A program made the position numbers and the translations under genes. The notes under the pieces are model-generated. The model saw only the letters and a program-made list of their open reading frames with translations, did no database searches and was not told where the DNA came from. Source: Candidatus Cloacimonadales bacterium (GTDB taxonomy: Bacteria; Cloacimonadota; Cloacimonadia; Cloacimonadales; JAIOQZ01). Taken from it: 64,000 bases of DNA. The stretch covers positions 1,568,001 through 1,632,000 of the forward strand of contig OY762463.1 in the NCBI GenBank assembly GCA_963665815.1. Reading direction: 5' to 3'. This document shows, piece by piece, positions 30,199 to 41,800 of this stretch. How positions within the stretch are numbered: position 1 is the stretch's first letter; every line of letters begins with the position of its first letter.

Positions 30199-31185
30199 AT
30201 GAGTATAGAGCAAATCAACATGAGAGTAATGGAGAAGTCTCCGGTACTCAATGATATCAGAAAAGAAGTTGCCAAAGCAATTGTCGGGCAGGATTATATG
30301 GTTACGAGAATACTCGTGGGCTTGTTAGCTAATGGTCACATCCTTCTGGAAGGTGTTCCCGGACTAGCGAAAACTCTCGCCGTTAATACTGTTGCCAAAA
30401 CTGTTGAGGCCAGTTTTAAGAGAATCCAGTTTACACCTGACCTTCTCCCTGCAGATCTTATCGGAACAATGATATATAATCCTGAATCTCGGGAATTCTA
30501 CCCCAAAAAAGGACCTGTTTTTGCAAACTTTATTCTTGCAGATGAGATAAACAGAGCTCCATCAAAAGTGCAATCTGCTCTTCTTGAAGCAATGCAGGAG
30601 AAACAGGTTACAATAAGTGACAAAACATTCAAACTTCCCAATCCATTCCTGGTAATGGCAACACAGAATCCGCTGGAGCAGGAAGGTACTTATCCCCTGC
30701 CGGAAGCACAGGTTGACAGATTCATGCTGAAACTTGTTGTGAACTATCCAAGCAGAAACGAAGAGAAAATGATTCTCGACAGAATGATTCGTGGAGAAGA
30801 CATCCCTATTAACAGTATTGTCACTCCTGAAACAATTCTGGAACTGCGTGAACTGACTAAAGATATTTACATGGAAGATAAAATTAAGGAATATATTCTG
30901 GATATAGTATTTGCTACCAGAGAACCTGAAAAATACAGAAACCTTAAAAGCATTAAAGATCTTATTGAAACAGGAGCTTCTCCTCGGGCAACACTATGCC
31001 TTGCACAGGCTGCAAAAGCGCACGCACTTCTTGAACAACGAGGTTTTGTAACTCCTGATGATATAAAAGCAATTGGTAAAGACGTTCTCAGACACAGAAT
31101 AATTCTGTCATATGAGGCTGAAGCAGAACAGATAACTCAGGAAGATATTGTATCAAAACTGTTTGATGAAATCGAAGTTCCATAG
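30199..31185 (+). CDS. moxR: MoxR family AAA+ ATPase
   Basis: LLEGVPGLAKT, RIQFTPDLLPAD, LADEINRAP, ATQNPLEQEGTYPLPEAQVDRF. Confidence 0.95.
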   Translation: MSIEQINMRVMEKSPVLNDIRKEVAKAIVGQDYMVTRILVGLLANGHILLEGVPGLAKTLAVNTVAKTVEASFKRIQFTPDLLPADLIGTMIYNPESREFYPKKGPVFANFILADEINRAPSKVQSALLEAMQEKQVTISDKTFKLPNPFLVMATQNPLEQEGTYPLPEAQVDRFMLKLVVNYPSRNEEKMILDRMIRGEDIPINSIVTPETILELRELTKDIYMEDKIKEYILDIVFATREPEKYRNLKSIKDLIETGASPRATLCLAQAAKAHALLEQRGFVTPDDIKAIGKDVLRHRIILSYEAEAEQITQEDIVSKLFDEIEVP

Positions 31186-31194
31186 GACATTATT

Positions 31195-32076
31195 ATGGGT
31201 ACTGCTGATATTATAAAAAAAATCAGAAAAATTGAGATCTCCACCAGGAATATCGTAAGTGAGTTATTCTCGGGTGAATATCACAGTCTTTTCAAAGGAC
31301 AGGGACTGGAATTTTCTGAAGTTAGAGAGTATCAGTCCGGAGACAGCTACAAACAGATAGACTGGAACGTTTCTGCTCGCATGGGTTATCCTCACATAAA
31401 GAAATTTGAGGAAACTCGGGAACTCAACGTAATCTTTCTTGTCGATGCCAGTGCTTCTACCCTTTTCGGAACAACGAGTTCTCTTAAAGCAGAATATATT
31501 ACCGAAGTAACGGCCGTCCTCTCCTTTTCTGCCCTGTCTAACAACGATAAGGTGGGACTGCTCCTTTTTACAGAAGAAATTGAAAAATATTTACCCCCCA
31601 GAAAGGGTAAAAAATACGCTCTGAGAATACTTCGTGATATATTGTATTTTGAGCCGGAACACAAGAGAACTGACTTGAAAAAGGCTATTGAGTACATTTA
31701 CAGATTAATCAAGAAAAAGAGCATTGTCTTTGTTATTTCAGACTTTCATGATGAAAACTATGATGACAGTCTCAAGCTGCTTGCTAAAAAACATGATGTG
31801 ATTGCCCTTAGAGTACTTGATAAAGCGGAACTTGATCTTCCCGCAGCAGGAATAATTGACTTTGAAGATCCTGAAACAGGAAAAACACTGACAGTAAACA
31901 CGAATTCCGGAATGGTGAGAAAACGTTTCAGGAAACTTGTTGAAAAAAGAGAAGCAGATATAATCGAACGTTTCAGAAAAAACCAGATTGATCTCGTAAA
32001 TCTCAGAACAGACGTACAATATACAAAAGAACTGATGAAGTTTTTTAAATTGCGACTTAAGAGGAAAAATAAATGA
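31195..32076 (+). CDS. DUF58 protein (VWA-like, MoxR-associated)
   Basis: GEYHSLFKGQGLEFSEVREYQ.GD..IDWNVSAR, EETRE, ISDF. Confidence 0.9.
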   Translation: MGTADIIKKIRKIEISTRNIVSELFSGEYHSLFKGQGLEFSEVREYQSGDSYKQIDWNVSARMGYPHIKKFEETRELNVIFLVDASASTLFGTTSSLKAEYITEVTAVLSFSALSNNDKVGLLLFTEEIEKYLPPRKGKKYALRILRDILYFEPEHKRTDLKKAIEYIYRLIKKKSIVFVISDFHDENYDDSLKLLAKKHDVIALRVLDKAELDLPAAGIIDFEDPETGKTLTVNTNSGMVRKRFRKLVEKREADIIERFRKNQIDLVNLRTDVQYTKELMKFFKLRLKRKNK

Positions 32077-33044
32077 AGAAACTGAGCATTTTACTTTTTT
32101 TACTGATTTGCTTGTATTCATTATTTTCAGCAGAACTGGATTACAAGGTTGATAAACCTTCCACTCTGCATCTTGGCACGCCTTTCAGTATTCTGGTTGA
32201 TATAACTACAGAAAAAGATCAGAAAATAGCAGCTCCAGCCGGAGATACACTTGATATATTCATAAAACAGGATGTAAAACAAACAGAAGAGGAAACTGAA
32301 GACGGTAAAATCATAACTCATGTTGACTTGGAATATGCTGCCTGGAATACAGGAACAGCTGAGTTTCCTGCATTGGAGTTCTCTGTAATAGGAGACACTA
32401 CCCAAAAACTTTCTACACAGGCATTTACTGTTGTCATAGAATCTATACTTTCTGATTCCTTAAGAGCTGAGTTGAAACAGGCGTCTGACATTGATACATC
32501 AAAATACAAAGTATTTCATTCTGCCTCAGTGAGAATTAATCCAACACTGTTTGAAGTAGCATTTCCAATTGTTATACTGGCATTGATAGTCTTTATTGTC
32601 ATACTTACTGTTCGACTTATCAGGAAGTATCTTAAAAACAAAAATGCTCCGAAAAATGAAGTCATAATAGATAACCGACCGGCTCATGTAATTGCCCTTG
32701 AAATGCTGGAAGCTCTGAAAGGCAGAAAGCTTCTTCAGACAAATCAACTGATTGAATATCACTTCCACTTGTCAATGATACTGAGAACATACGTAGAATT
32801 AGCATACGGAGTAAAAGCTGTTGAGATGACTACATCCGAAATCAGAGCTAATCTTGTTCTGGAAGATTTTCAGGAGAAAAGCTGGATATTGGGATTCCTC
32901 AATGAAGCTGACAAAGTCAAGTTTGCAAAGTTTACTCCGGAATACAGTGTTTCAGATCAGGCTATAAACTCTCTCAGCGAATATCTGAATAAAAAAGAAG
33001 TAGAATACAATAGTAAACAGAAACAGGAGGAACAAGATGTTTGA
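32073..33044 (+). CDS. Bat-operon membrane protein (BatD-like N-terminus, TM, helical C-terminus)
   Basis: Signal peptide, TM helix, EMTTSEI and ADKVKFAK motifs; lies between DUF58 and batA. Confidence 0.7.
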   Translation: MKKLSILLFLLICLYSLFSAELDYKVDKPSTLHLGTPFSILVDITTEKDQKIAAPAGDTLDIFIKQDVKQTEEETEDGKIITHVDLEYAAWNTGTAEFPALEFSVIGDTTQKLSTQAFTVVIESILSDSLRAELKQASDIDTSKYKVFHSASVRINPTLFEVAFPIVILALIVFIVILTVRLIRKYLKNKNAPKNEVIIDNRPAHVIALEMLEALKGRKLLQTNQLIEYHFHLSMILRTYVELAYGVKAVEMTTSEIRANLVLEDFQEKSWILGFLNEADKVKFAKFTPEYSVSDQAINSLSEYLNKKEVEYNSKQKQEEQDV

Positions 33045-34026
33045 GTTTGCTCATCCTGAATGGTTCTGGCTCCTGTTGGTATTATTACCTTTTGGACTGA
33101 TAGAATATCTGATGATGAGAAAAAAGCTCAGAATAAGCTATCCCGGTCTTGATCTGCTTAAACTTGCAGCAAAAAGAGACACATTCTGGAAGTACTTATC
33201 CGTTATAATCAGAGCATTAATTATTGTTATGATTGTAATTGCCCTTACAGGTCCAAGAGAAGCTTTTAAACAACAGGATGTTTCCAGTAAGGGAATTGAC
33301 ATTGTGTTTGCTCTTGATACTTCAGGTTCAATGCGGGCTCTTGATATGAAGCCTAACGATCGACTTGAAGCGGCGATTTCCGTTGCCAAGCAATTTGTCA
33401 GCAAGAGAAACAACGATCGCATCGGAATAGTAGAATTTTCAGATAATGCTTTTACAAGATGTCCAATGACTCTGGACTACAATCTCGTGAATCAGATACT
33501 CGAATCTTTTGAAGTTGATGAGGATGCAGGAGGTACAGCCATCGGAAACGGTCTTGCTTCTGCTGTAGCTCGTCTTAAGGATTCAGAAGCAAAGTCCAAA
33601 GTGATAATTCTTATTACAGATGGTGCTTCTAATGTTGGAGAAATTGATCCTACTACCGCAGCTCAATTTGCCAAAAAATTCGATATAAAGGTATATCCTA
33701 TTGGTGTTGGTAAGGAAGGTCCGGTAGATTATCCTTATCGGGATCGCTTTGGCAGAACTACTGTAAGAAAAGTCAATGTTGAGATTGATATGCAGACTTT
33801 GCATAAAATAGCTCAAGTAACAGGCACAAAAATCGCCAGAAGAGCTGTAAGTAAAGATTCATTCCAGAAAATACTGGATGAAATAGATGCTTTGGAGAAA
33901 ACTGAAGTTAAATTAAATGACTATTACACCTATAACGAAATGTTTTACATTTTTGCACTCGCTGCCCTGATGTTATCGTTAATACTGGTAATACTCAGGA
34001 TTGCAATTGTAGTGGAAATTCCATAG
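33037..34026 (+). CDS. batA: BatA VWA-domain protein
   Basis: MFEFAHPEW N-terminus, MIDAS DTSGS, GTAIG, ITDG. Confidence 0.88.
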   Translation: MFEFAHPEWFWLLLVLLPFGLIEYLMMRKKLRISYPGLDLLKLAAKRDTFWKYLSVIIRALIIVMIVIALTGPREAFKQQDVSSKGIDIVFALDTSGSMRALDMKPNDRLEAAISVAKQFVSKRNNDRIGIVEFSDNAFTRCPMTLDYNLVNQILESFEVDEDAGGTAIGNGLASAVARLKDSEAKSKVIILITDGASNVGEIDPTTAAQFAKKFDIKVYPIGVGKEGPVDYPYRDRFGRTTVRKVNVEIDMQTLHKIAQVTGTKIARRAVSKDSFQKILDEIDALEKTEVKLNDYYTYNEMFYIFALAALMLSLILVILRIAIVVEIP

Positions 34027-34035
34027 AGGTATTAT

Positions 34036-35055
34036 ATGAAATGGGCTAATTCAGAAATATTGTATCTGCTGCTTCTAATACCGGTTTTATGGATTATGAC
34101 CGGATTCTCTTCGAGATCCCGAAAAAAAGCATTCAGCAGATTTGCCGAAAAGAAATTTTACAATTTCTTCTTTCAGCAGTTTTCTTATTTTCACTGGAAC
34201 ATGAAAAACGTTCTTCTTACCCTGGCAGTTGTATTTCTAATCCTTGCCGGGGCAAGACCGCAATGGGGAAAACATGTTTCTACTCTCACGAAAGAAGGGA
34301 TTGACATTGTTGTCTGCCTCGATACATCTATCAGTATGAACGCTACCGATATTCAACCAAGCAGAATTATCAGGGCAAAAGACCAGATATCCGAGTTTAT
34401 AGAAAACCTTAAAGGTGACAGAATAGCTATTGTTCCTTTTGCAGGGATAAGTTATGTTCAATGTCCTCTTACAAGTGACTACAATGCCGCAAAACTGCTT
34501 CTCGGCTTTATTGATACAGACTCTGTACCTGTTGCCGGAACAGATATTGGTGCTGCATTGAGGAAAGCACATTCGCTGTTTCAGGCTGATCAGAAATACA
34601 AGGTTGTTGTGTTGATCAGTGATGGTGAAGATCTGGAAGAAAGTGCTCTTAAGACAGCAAATGAGCTGGCTCAGAAGGGTATTATTATATATACTCTTGG
34701 TGTAGGTTCACCACAGGGAGCACCAATTCCCGAAAAAAATAACGGCAATATTGAGTATGTCAAAGACTCGGACGGTAATATTGTTATGACAAAGCTTGAT
34801 GTAAATACTCTCAGTCGGCTTGCCAGTATAGGTGATGGGAAATTCTATGCTGTTACGCCTCAACAGACTGAAATTGCTGAAATGCTTAGGTCAATAAACA
34901 GAATCGAGAAATCCAAACTTGATTCTAAACAGTTCACTAACTATAAAGATCAATATCATTACTTCCTGCTTACAGCTCTTGCCCTTCTTTTACTTGAGCA
35001 GTTGATAGGCTACAGGAAGAAAATCAAAAAAGAGAGAGTCTTAATACAGGATTGA
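34036..35055 (+). CDS. batB: BatB VWA-domain protein
   Basis: ARPQWG, DTSISM, PLTSD, ISDGED. Confidence 0.88.
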   Translation: MKWANSEILYLLLLIPVLWIMTGFSSRSRKKAFSRFAEKKFYNFFFQQFSYFHWNMKNVLLTLAVVFLILAGARPQWGKHVSTLTKEGIDIVVCLDTSISMNATDIQPSRIIRAKDQISEFIENLKGDRIAIVPFAGISYVQCPLTSDYNAAKLLLGFIDTDSVPVAGTDIGAALRKAHSLFQADQKYKVVVLISDGEDLEESALKTANELAQKGIIIYTLGVGSPQGAPIPEKNNGNIEYVKDSDGNIVMTKLDVNTLSRLASIGDGKFYAVTPQQTEIAEMLRSINRIEKSKLDSKQFTNYKDQYHYFLLTALALLLLEQLIGYRKKIKKERVLIQD

Positions 35056-35057
35056 TT

Positions 35058-35780
35058 ATGAAAAAGATTTGTCTCACGCTCAGTTTATTAGTTCTGGTCA
35101 GCACTTTTTTGTCTGCCGACCTACTTAATTATAAAAAGCTTTACAATGATTTCAAAGCCAGAAAGCTGTTGAAAAAGAATAAAAAAGAAGAAGCTGTAAA
35201 ACTTCTTGAAGAAAATGCAATAGAAAACCCGGATGACAATCGAGTTTTATATAACCTTGGAACTGCTCTTTCAAAAGATGATAGTACAAGTGCAGCCCAG
35301 GATCATCTTAACCTTGCTTTAAGAGAAGAAGATAAAGAATTCAGATCCAAAGTATACCAGAATCTGGGAAACAGTTATGCTCATCAGAAAAAGTATATGG
35401 AAGCACTGAAGAACTATCAGAAAGCTCTGCATGAGAATCCTGAAAATGATGAAGCACGATATAATTTCGAGCTGGTAAATCAGATTATGCTGAAGCAACA
35501 ACAGCAACAGCAACAGCAACAGCAGAAACAGGATAAAGATTCAGACGATAAGGATAAGAAGAAACAAAAGCAGAAAAAGCAGGACAAACAGGATAAGAAA
35601 GATCAATCCGATAAAAAAGAAGAACAGCAGCAAATGCAAAAAAAAGATGAAAAAGACAAAAAGAAAGACAGAGAAGAAAAAATACTTGAAGATTTGATGA
35701 AAAAAGAAAAAGAAAATAGAGATAAAAAGAAAAAAGAACGTCATCATGGACAAAGACGCAGTTCTGAAAAATTCTGGTAG
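35058..35780 (+). CDS. batC: BatC TPR protein with a Q/K/D-rich tail
   Basis: YNLG and NLGN TPRs, ARYNFEL, low-complexity tail, terminal W. Confidence 0.85.
   Translation: MKKICLTLSLLVLVSTFLSADLLNYKKLYNDFKARKLLKKNKKEEAVKLLEENAIENPDDNRVLYNLGTALSKDDSTSAAQDHLNLALREEDKEFRSKVYQNLGNSYAHQKKYMEALKNYQKALHENPENDEARYNFELVNQIMLKQQQQQQQQQQKQDKDSDDKDKKKQKQKKQDKQDKKDQSDKKEEQQQMQKKDEKDKKKDREEKILEDLMKKEKENRDKKKKERHHGQRRSSEKFW
35496..35525 (+). repeat. CAA/CAG microsatellite encoding 10 Gln in BatC
   Basis: CAACAACAGCAACAGCAACAGCAACAGCAG. Confidence 0.8.
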
Positions 35781-35792
35781 AAAGGAGATGTA

Positions 35793-37592
35793 ATGAAAAG
35801 AAAACTACTGATTTTATGTCTATTGTTGTTGTTTTCTGCATCAGTAATTACAGCTCTGGAAGTAACAGCTACAATCAATAATAAAAAGATTGGGCTAAAT
35901 GATGTAGCTTATCTGACTGTAGAAATTAATGGTGAATTCAATAGGAAACCTTCTGCCCCTACCCTACCTTCAATCCAGGGTTTCAGAACCGGATCACCAT
36001 CCCAGAGTGAATCAACCAGTATTTCTGTTATACAAAATAAAGTTACACAAACAATAATATTGCAGTATTCCTATCCTCTGTACCCCAAGGAAAAAGGAAA
36101 CTTCATTATCCCGCCGATATCTATGAATATTGATGGGAAAAACTACACGACAAAAGCTATATCAATCTCTGTTGTAGAAGGTACAACACAGCAACAGCAT
36201 AATACCAGGAGATCCCGCTACGGACAAACAAGAAGAAGTCCAAAGACAAATTCTACTAATCTGAAGGATAATTTGTTTATTGAAGCTGTTATCAGCAATC
36301 CAAATCCTTATCAAGGCGAGGTTTTCCGTGTTGATTATCACCTGTACACAAGATACGATCTTGGAGAAATTGAATTCAATGAAAGACCACAATTCAGTAA
36401 TATGTGGCAGGATAATATATATTCAGCAGGAAGGCGATCCTTCGATAGAAAGGAAAGAAACGGACTGCTATACAACCACATGAAAGTAATATCCTACAAT
36501 TTGATTGCCGATGAAGTTGGCAAAGCTGAAATACCGTCTCTTTCCATGAATATTGGTGTACTTGTTCAGAGTAACTCCTTTTTTGACTATGGAAGAACAC
36601 AGGACTATGTTATTTCCAGCAAAGCAAAAACAATCAATGTGAAAAAAATACCTGAATATACAGGAAGCCAAAGACTCTCAGAAGCAGTAGGAAGCTTCAG
36701 ATTATCTGATGAAATGCATGATAAAGAGCTGAAAGTCGGTGATTCTTTTACTTATACATTGAAACTAAGCGGAACAGGAAACCTGAAGACTCTTGAGCTT
36801 CCCAAGTATGAGGACACTCCGTATTTCAAATTCATGGAACCGGAAGTCAAGAATGATATAAGCACAAATGGAAACTCACCGAAAGGCAGCATTACTGTTA
36901 AATATCTTGTGATTTGCAAAAAAGAAGGTGAAATACAATTCCCACAAATGCAGTTCTCCTACTTTGACATTCCTTCAGGTTCCTACAAGCAGCTTTCTAC
37001 AGGCAGCTATAAACTTAATGTTGCTCCATCAGATAATAATTATATAATATCCGCAGGAAACTCACAAACGCGAGTTATTCAGGAAGGATTCGATATTGGT
37101 TACATTATCACAGATGTTAATGGAAAAAGCTTTGTGAAAACCACTGCAAGTTTAACTTTCTGGCTGCTGATTGTCATATATATCCTTTCTATCCCGGCAG
37201 CAATGTTCTTTGTAAGAGAACAGAAAAAGTTGATTGGAGATGCAGGATACTCCAGAAACAGGCAGGCTGCAAAAATCCTTAAGAAATACTTGAAACAAGC
37301 TCAGGATGCAGCCAAATCCGGAAATAGCGATTTCTATACTTCGGCTCAAACAGGATTATCTAATTACCTTGCAGATAAACTCCATATTCCAAGAGGTTCA
37401 ACAACCGATGACATCCTAACAAAGTTCAGAGAAAAAACAGGCAGCATTGATCAGGCTATGAAACTTCAGCAGTTCTTTAAAAAATGCAATGAAGCCAGAT
37501 TTATGCCGGGAGGAATATCCTCAGCAGACATTTCCAGAGACTTCGAAATGTTGAATACAGTTATAAGTAATATAACAAGGATTCTGAAGTAG
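35793..37592 (+). CDS. batD: BatD oxygen-tolerance family protein
   Basis: Signal peptide, Ig-like repeats (GNFIIPP, AVGSF, GTGNL, FSYFD), C-terminal TM; operon position. Confidence 0.85.
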   Translation: MKRKLLILCLLLLFSASVITALEVTATINNKKIGLNDVAYLTVEINGEFNRKPSAPTLPSIQGFRTGSPSQSESTSISVIQNKVTQTIILQYSYPLYPKEKGNFIIPPISMNIDGKNYTTKAISISVVEGTTQQQHNTRRSRYGQTRRSPKTNSTNLKDNLFIEAVISNPNPYQGEVFRVDYHLYTRYDLGEIEFNERPQFSNMWQDNIYSAGRRSFDRKERNGLLYNHMKVISYNLIADEVGKAEIPSLSMNIGVLVQSNSFFDYGRTQDYVISSKAKTINVKKIPEYTGSQRLSEAVGSFRLSDEMHDKELKVGDSFTYTLKLSGTGNLKTLELPKYEDTPYFKFMEPEVKNDISTNGNSPKGSITVKYLVICKKEGEIQFPQMQFSYFDIPSGSYKQLSTGSYKLNVAPSDNNYIISAGNSQTRVIQEGFDIGYIITDVNGKSFVKTTASLTFWLLIVIYILSIPAAMFFVREQKKLIGDAGYSRNRQAAKILKKYLKQAQDAAKSGNSDFYTSAQTGLSNYLADKLHIPRGSTTDDILTKFREKTGSIDQAMKLQQFFKKCNEARFMPGGISSADISRDFEMLNTVISNITRILK

Positions 37593-37598
37593 GTTATT

Positions 37599-38366
37599 AT
37601 GAAAAAGATATACTTAATATTAGCAATTTCACTTATTGCCATGACACTTTTTGCAGGAAATGAAATTACAACTTTACTCGATAAAGCTAAATCCGAATAC
37701 GAAAACAGAAATTTTGAGGAATCCCTTAAACTCTTCCTGCAGGTCGAGAACTCAGGAGTAAACAATGCAGATCTGTTGTATAATATTGGAAACACATATT
37801 TCAGAAACAACAATATTGTAATGGCTATAGTGTATTATAAAAAAGCACTTCATCTGAATCCTGCCCATAATAGAGCCTATAAAGACCTTGGATTTGCACT
37901 GACAATGACACAGGATAAACAGGAGCTGGTTCAAGATAGATCTTTCATGGGGAAAATCGGAAATTTCTATAAAAAGATCAGTATAAACAAATCAGCCTGG
38001 ATACTGATTATTATTCTCGCAATTCTGGTAATTCTTATCAATCTGTACATTTTAAACTGGAGAACCCAGGATAAGCCATTTCATTTATTCATTATTATGG
38101 TTGTTGCAGGTTTATCTCTGGGAATGCTCATTATAACTATCAATAAAATCAGTACATTCAACAGCTATAATGAAGCTGTAGTAAAGAATCAGGTTCAAAT
38201 GGGATACAGCGGACCTTCAACTGATTTTACCAGAGTGTTCACTATCCATGAAGGATATATTGTTAATATTCTGAAATCAGAATCAGGCTGGAGTCAAGTG
38301 CAGCTTGCCAATGGTACCGGTGGCTGGATTCCGGAAGATTCTTATGTTAAAGTCGTTGACAAGTAA
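37599..38366 (+). CDS. batE: BatE TPR + SH3 protein
   Basis: YNIGNTYF TPR, two TM helices, HEG...W..VQLANGTGGWIP SH3. Confidence 0.85.
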   Translation: MKKIYLILAISLIAMTLFAGNEITTLLDKAKSEYENRNFEESLKLFLQVENSGVNNADLLYNIGNTYFRNNNIVMAIVYYKKALHLNPAHNRAYKDLGFALTMTQDKQELVQDRSFMGKIGNFYKKISINKSAWILIIILAILVILINLYILNWRTQDKPFHLFIIMVVAGLSLGMLIITINKISTFNSYNEAVVKNQVQMGYSGPSTDFTRVFTIHEGYIVNILKSESGWSQVQLANGTGGWIPEDSYVKVVDK

Positions 38367-38385
38367 TCACAATACTAATTTATAC

Positions 38386-38416
38386 AAAAAAGCCGACTGA
38401 AGTTCAGCCGGCTTTT
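38386..38416. terminator. Bidirectional intrinsic terminator
   Basis: AAAAAAGCCGACTGA-AGT-TCAGCCGGCTTTT between convergent batE and yjbQ. Confidence 0.8.
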
Positions 38417-38433
38417 ACTTTATCTGTAAGTTT

Positions 38434-38850
38434 TTATTCTCCAATAATTTTTACCAGAACTCTCTTTCGGCGTTTACCGTCGAACTCACCGTAGAATATC
38501 TGTTCCCAGGGACCAAAATCAAGTTTACCATCAGTAATAGCTACTACAACTTCCCTGCCCATAATCTGACGCTTCATGTGGGCATCAGCATTATCCTCAA
38601 AACCATTATGCTTGTATTGAGAATGAGGCTTTTCAGGTGCGAGTTTCTCTAACCATTTTTCGTAATCATGATGCAGACCGGATTCATCATCATTAATAAA
38701 AACACTTGCAGTTATGTGCATAGCATTAACAAGAACAAGTCCTTCTTTAACACCACTTTCCTGCAGGCATTGCCTGATGGTTGGCGTAATGTTAATCAGC
38801 TCTCTTCTCTGAGTTGTACTGAACCATAATTCCTTTCTGTATGATTTCAC
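38434..38850 (-). CDS. yjbQ: YjbQ / UPF0047 family protein
   Basis: HITAS..IN, DNADAH.K, GPWEQIF..EFDG; GTG start with GGAG RBS. Confidence 0.9.
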   Translation of the reverse strand: MKSYRKELWFSTTQRRELINITPTIRQCLQESGVKEGLVLVNAMHITASVFINDDESGLHHDYEKWLEKLAPEKPHSQYKHNGFEDNADAHMKRQIMGREVVVAITDGKLDFGPWEQIFYGEFDGKRRKRVLVKIIGE

Positions 38851-38859
38851 AATTCTCTC

Positions 38860-41800
38860 CTAATATTCAAACAGATTTCTCAGTTCTTCCATATCCATAT
38901 GTTTAATAATATTCTGACCATTATCAATGATATTCTCAAACATTTCAATCTTACTTTTCTGAAGCTGAAGAATCTTTTCTTCAACGGTTTTCTTAGTGAT
39001 AAGTTTATAAACCATGACTTTCTTGGTCTGCCCTATTCTGTGAGCTCTGTCTATTGCCTGATTTTCTCCCATTGGATTCCACCATGGATCTGTAAGGATA
39101 ACAGTATCGGCAGAAGTCAGATTTATCCCTACTCCACCTGTTTTGAGACTGATAAGGAATACTTTCACCTGAGAATTCTCATTAAAGTTATCTATTCTTT
39201 TCTTTCTGTTCTTTGTATCACCATCCATGTATTCAAAGACAATTCTGTGCTTTTTCAGTTGAGATCGAATAAGCTTGAGCATTTCCACAAACTGACTGAA
39301 AATGATTATCTTTCTTCTGTTAAGGATTGCCTCTACAACAATCTCCATCAGCGTATCCATCTTAGCAGAGACATTCTGATTACTTTTCACATCCTTGGTA
39401 AACAATACAGGGTGATTGGATATCTGTCTGAGTCTTGTTAATGCAGCAAGAATATGAATATAATTATTCTTCTCAGGCCCATCAGTATTGAAAAGCTGAT
39501 TCTTGACTTTTTCCAGAACCTGCATATACATCTTTTCCTGTACTTCAGACATTCCGCAATATACAACCTGTTCCTGCTTATCAGGAAGCTCAATCAATAC
39601 ATCCTTCTTTTTCCTTCTGAGAATAAACGGAGATATTATGGCGCTTAAATGTTTTTCCTGCTCAGCCTTGTTTTCAAGAGGAGTAACATAATCCTGCTTG
39701 AACTTTCTCAGTCCATCCAGGTATCCCGGTAAAAGGAAATCGAAGATAGACCAGAGTTCAACAGGTGAATTCTCCATTGGTGTACCTGTAAGTGCAAGCT
39801 TATGATTTCCTTTAAGGCTTTTGATTGCCTTGGATCGTTTTGTCATAGAATTTTTTATGTGCTGTGCTTCATCAAGTATGATATACTCAAATTCACGTTC
39901 TTTCAGATCATTGATATCATTCACAATAATGGAATACGATGCTATCAGCACACCTATCCCTTTCTTTTCAAGCAGCTTGATCCGCTCTTCCTTACCACCT
40001 TCATAAATTAGATAATTCATACCGGGTGCGAATTTCTCAATCTCTGCTGCCCAGTTATACAAAAGTGTTTTAGGGCAAATCACAATTGCAGTTTTGCCTT
40101 TTTCAATTTCAGCAAGAACAGAAATAGCCTGAAGAGTTTTACCAAGCCCCATATCATCAGCAAGAATTCCACCAAAATGGTATTTCTGAAGCATCTTCAA
40201 CCAGTAAAAACCTGCTTTCTGATAACTTCTCATTACCGGTTTGAAAATTGGCATGATTTCAGGTGAATCACTCAGCTTTCGGGTTATTATATTATTGTAC
40301 ATATTATCGAGATAACCATCTCCAAGGATATGCATGTTATCGTTGATAGTGTTAAGTTGATATATATAAGGAATATTATATAAAGACAGTTTGTAGCTTT
40401 CCGAAGTATCCTTCACACTTTTCTTAAGCAGAGTTTCCACATCCTCAAAAGCTTTTTCATTAGTAAAGAAAAGCAGTCTTCCGTCTTCAAGCTTAAGAAA
40501 TTTCTCTCTCTTTTTAAAAAATTTCTTCAGCTCCTCATGAGTAAAAGTTATATCTTTAAATTTATATGTTACTTCGTATTCAAACCAGTCAATCTGTGAG
40601 CTTGATTTTGCTTTTATCTGTGGACTGAGCTCAACTTTATAAATGAATTCTTTTTTAAGATCATCTGACAGAATAATATTCCAGGATGGGTCAGCATGCT
40701 CAAATAAGATTTTCTTAAGATGATCAATCTTTTCTTCTCCTTCGAAAATAAGCTGAGCATCTCTGTCACTTTTGTTTTCAGATTCGGGGAGAAGTTTCAG
40801 GAAGTTTGATATTTCATACTTGATCTGTGGTGGGATATAGAACCAGGTCTGCACTCCGTCCTGATCATATCGAATAAGTTCTGTCTGGAACACAAGGTTG
40901 GACAAAGGTATTGAAACATCTTCTGAGAAATCAAGATTTCCTTTAAGATAAAGCTTATCTGCTTCACGATGCAGTTTGAAAGTTATTCTTGGAGTATTAT
41001 CAAAGAATTCCGGTAACTCAATTCCCTCTGAAAAATCTATATAACATTTAATCATTGCAAGTTGTCTTGCAACAACTGTAGCAAAGTAAATCAAGTCCTC
41101 TTCATTAAACTCATATTCTTCATTAAGAACAAGTTCGGTAACTTCTCTGGTAAAAGGAAGTTGAATCTGAAATACTTTGTTCTTCCTGAAAATGTATGTA
41201 GTCTTATCCACAAAAAAAGCAGAGACTATTTCTTTTTGTCTTAGTTTTACAATGTAAGAATCCGATTCCGTTTTTTCCACAATAAAGCTGATTTGAGCTT
41301 TTTCATCTGAGAATTCAAGTCTGTCACCAGTTTCCTTAATATAAACCTTATCCTGAATAGATTTAAGGACAGGTATTACTTTACAGAAATCTTTCTTGTA
41401 AATAGTAAAGAAATGTCCGACTCTGCTGAATGAACACTTATAGTTCTGTAATGTAACAAGAAGTTCAAGTTCTTCATTTGAGAATGCCTGAACCTGTTTA
41501 TGTACTGATGGTAACATTGCCTGATCTGCTTCTTTAATCGGTCTACCCGAAACAATAAAAGAAACAAGTCTGATATCCACTGGTTTATAATTTCTGAAAT
41601 AGATACGAATCTTATCTGTAGTGTCATAGATACCTTCAACTGCAATAAAACTGTTGATAATGATTCTCTGCCAATACTCGTTGTATCTAAGAAGTTTGTT
41701 CTGATATGTCTGAATAATCTTTTCTTCGAGAATTTCCGTATCCAGAAATTTGTATCCATAATTAATGATAGACAGATAATGTGAGCATGTATCCTCTTTT

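Noticed and set aside
35496-35760. Poly-Gln repeat as a phase-variation locus
   Set aside because: In-frame triplet repeat; Q/K/D-rich tails are normal in BatC.
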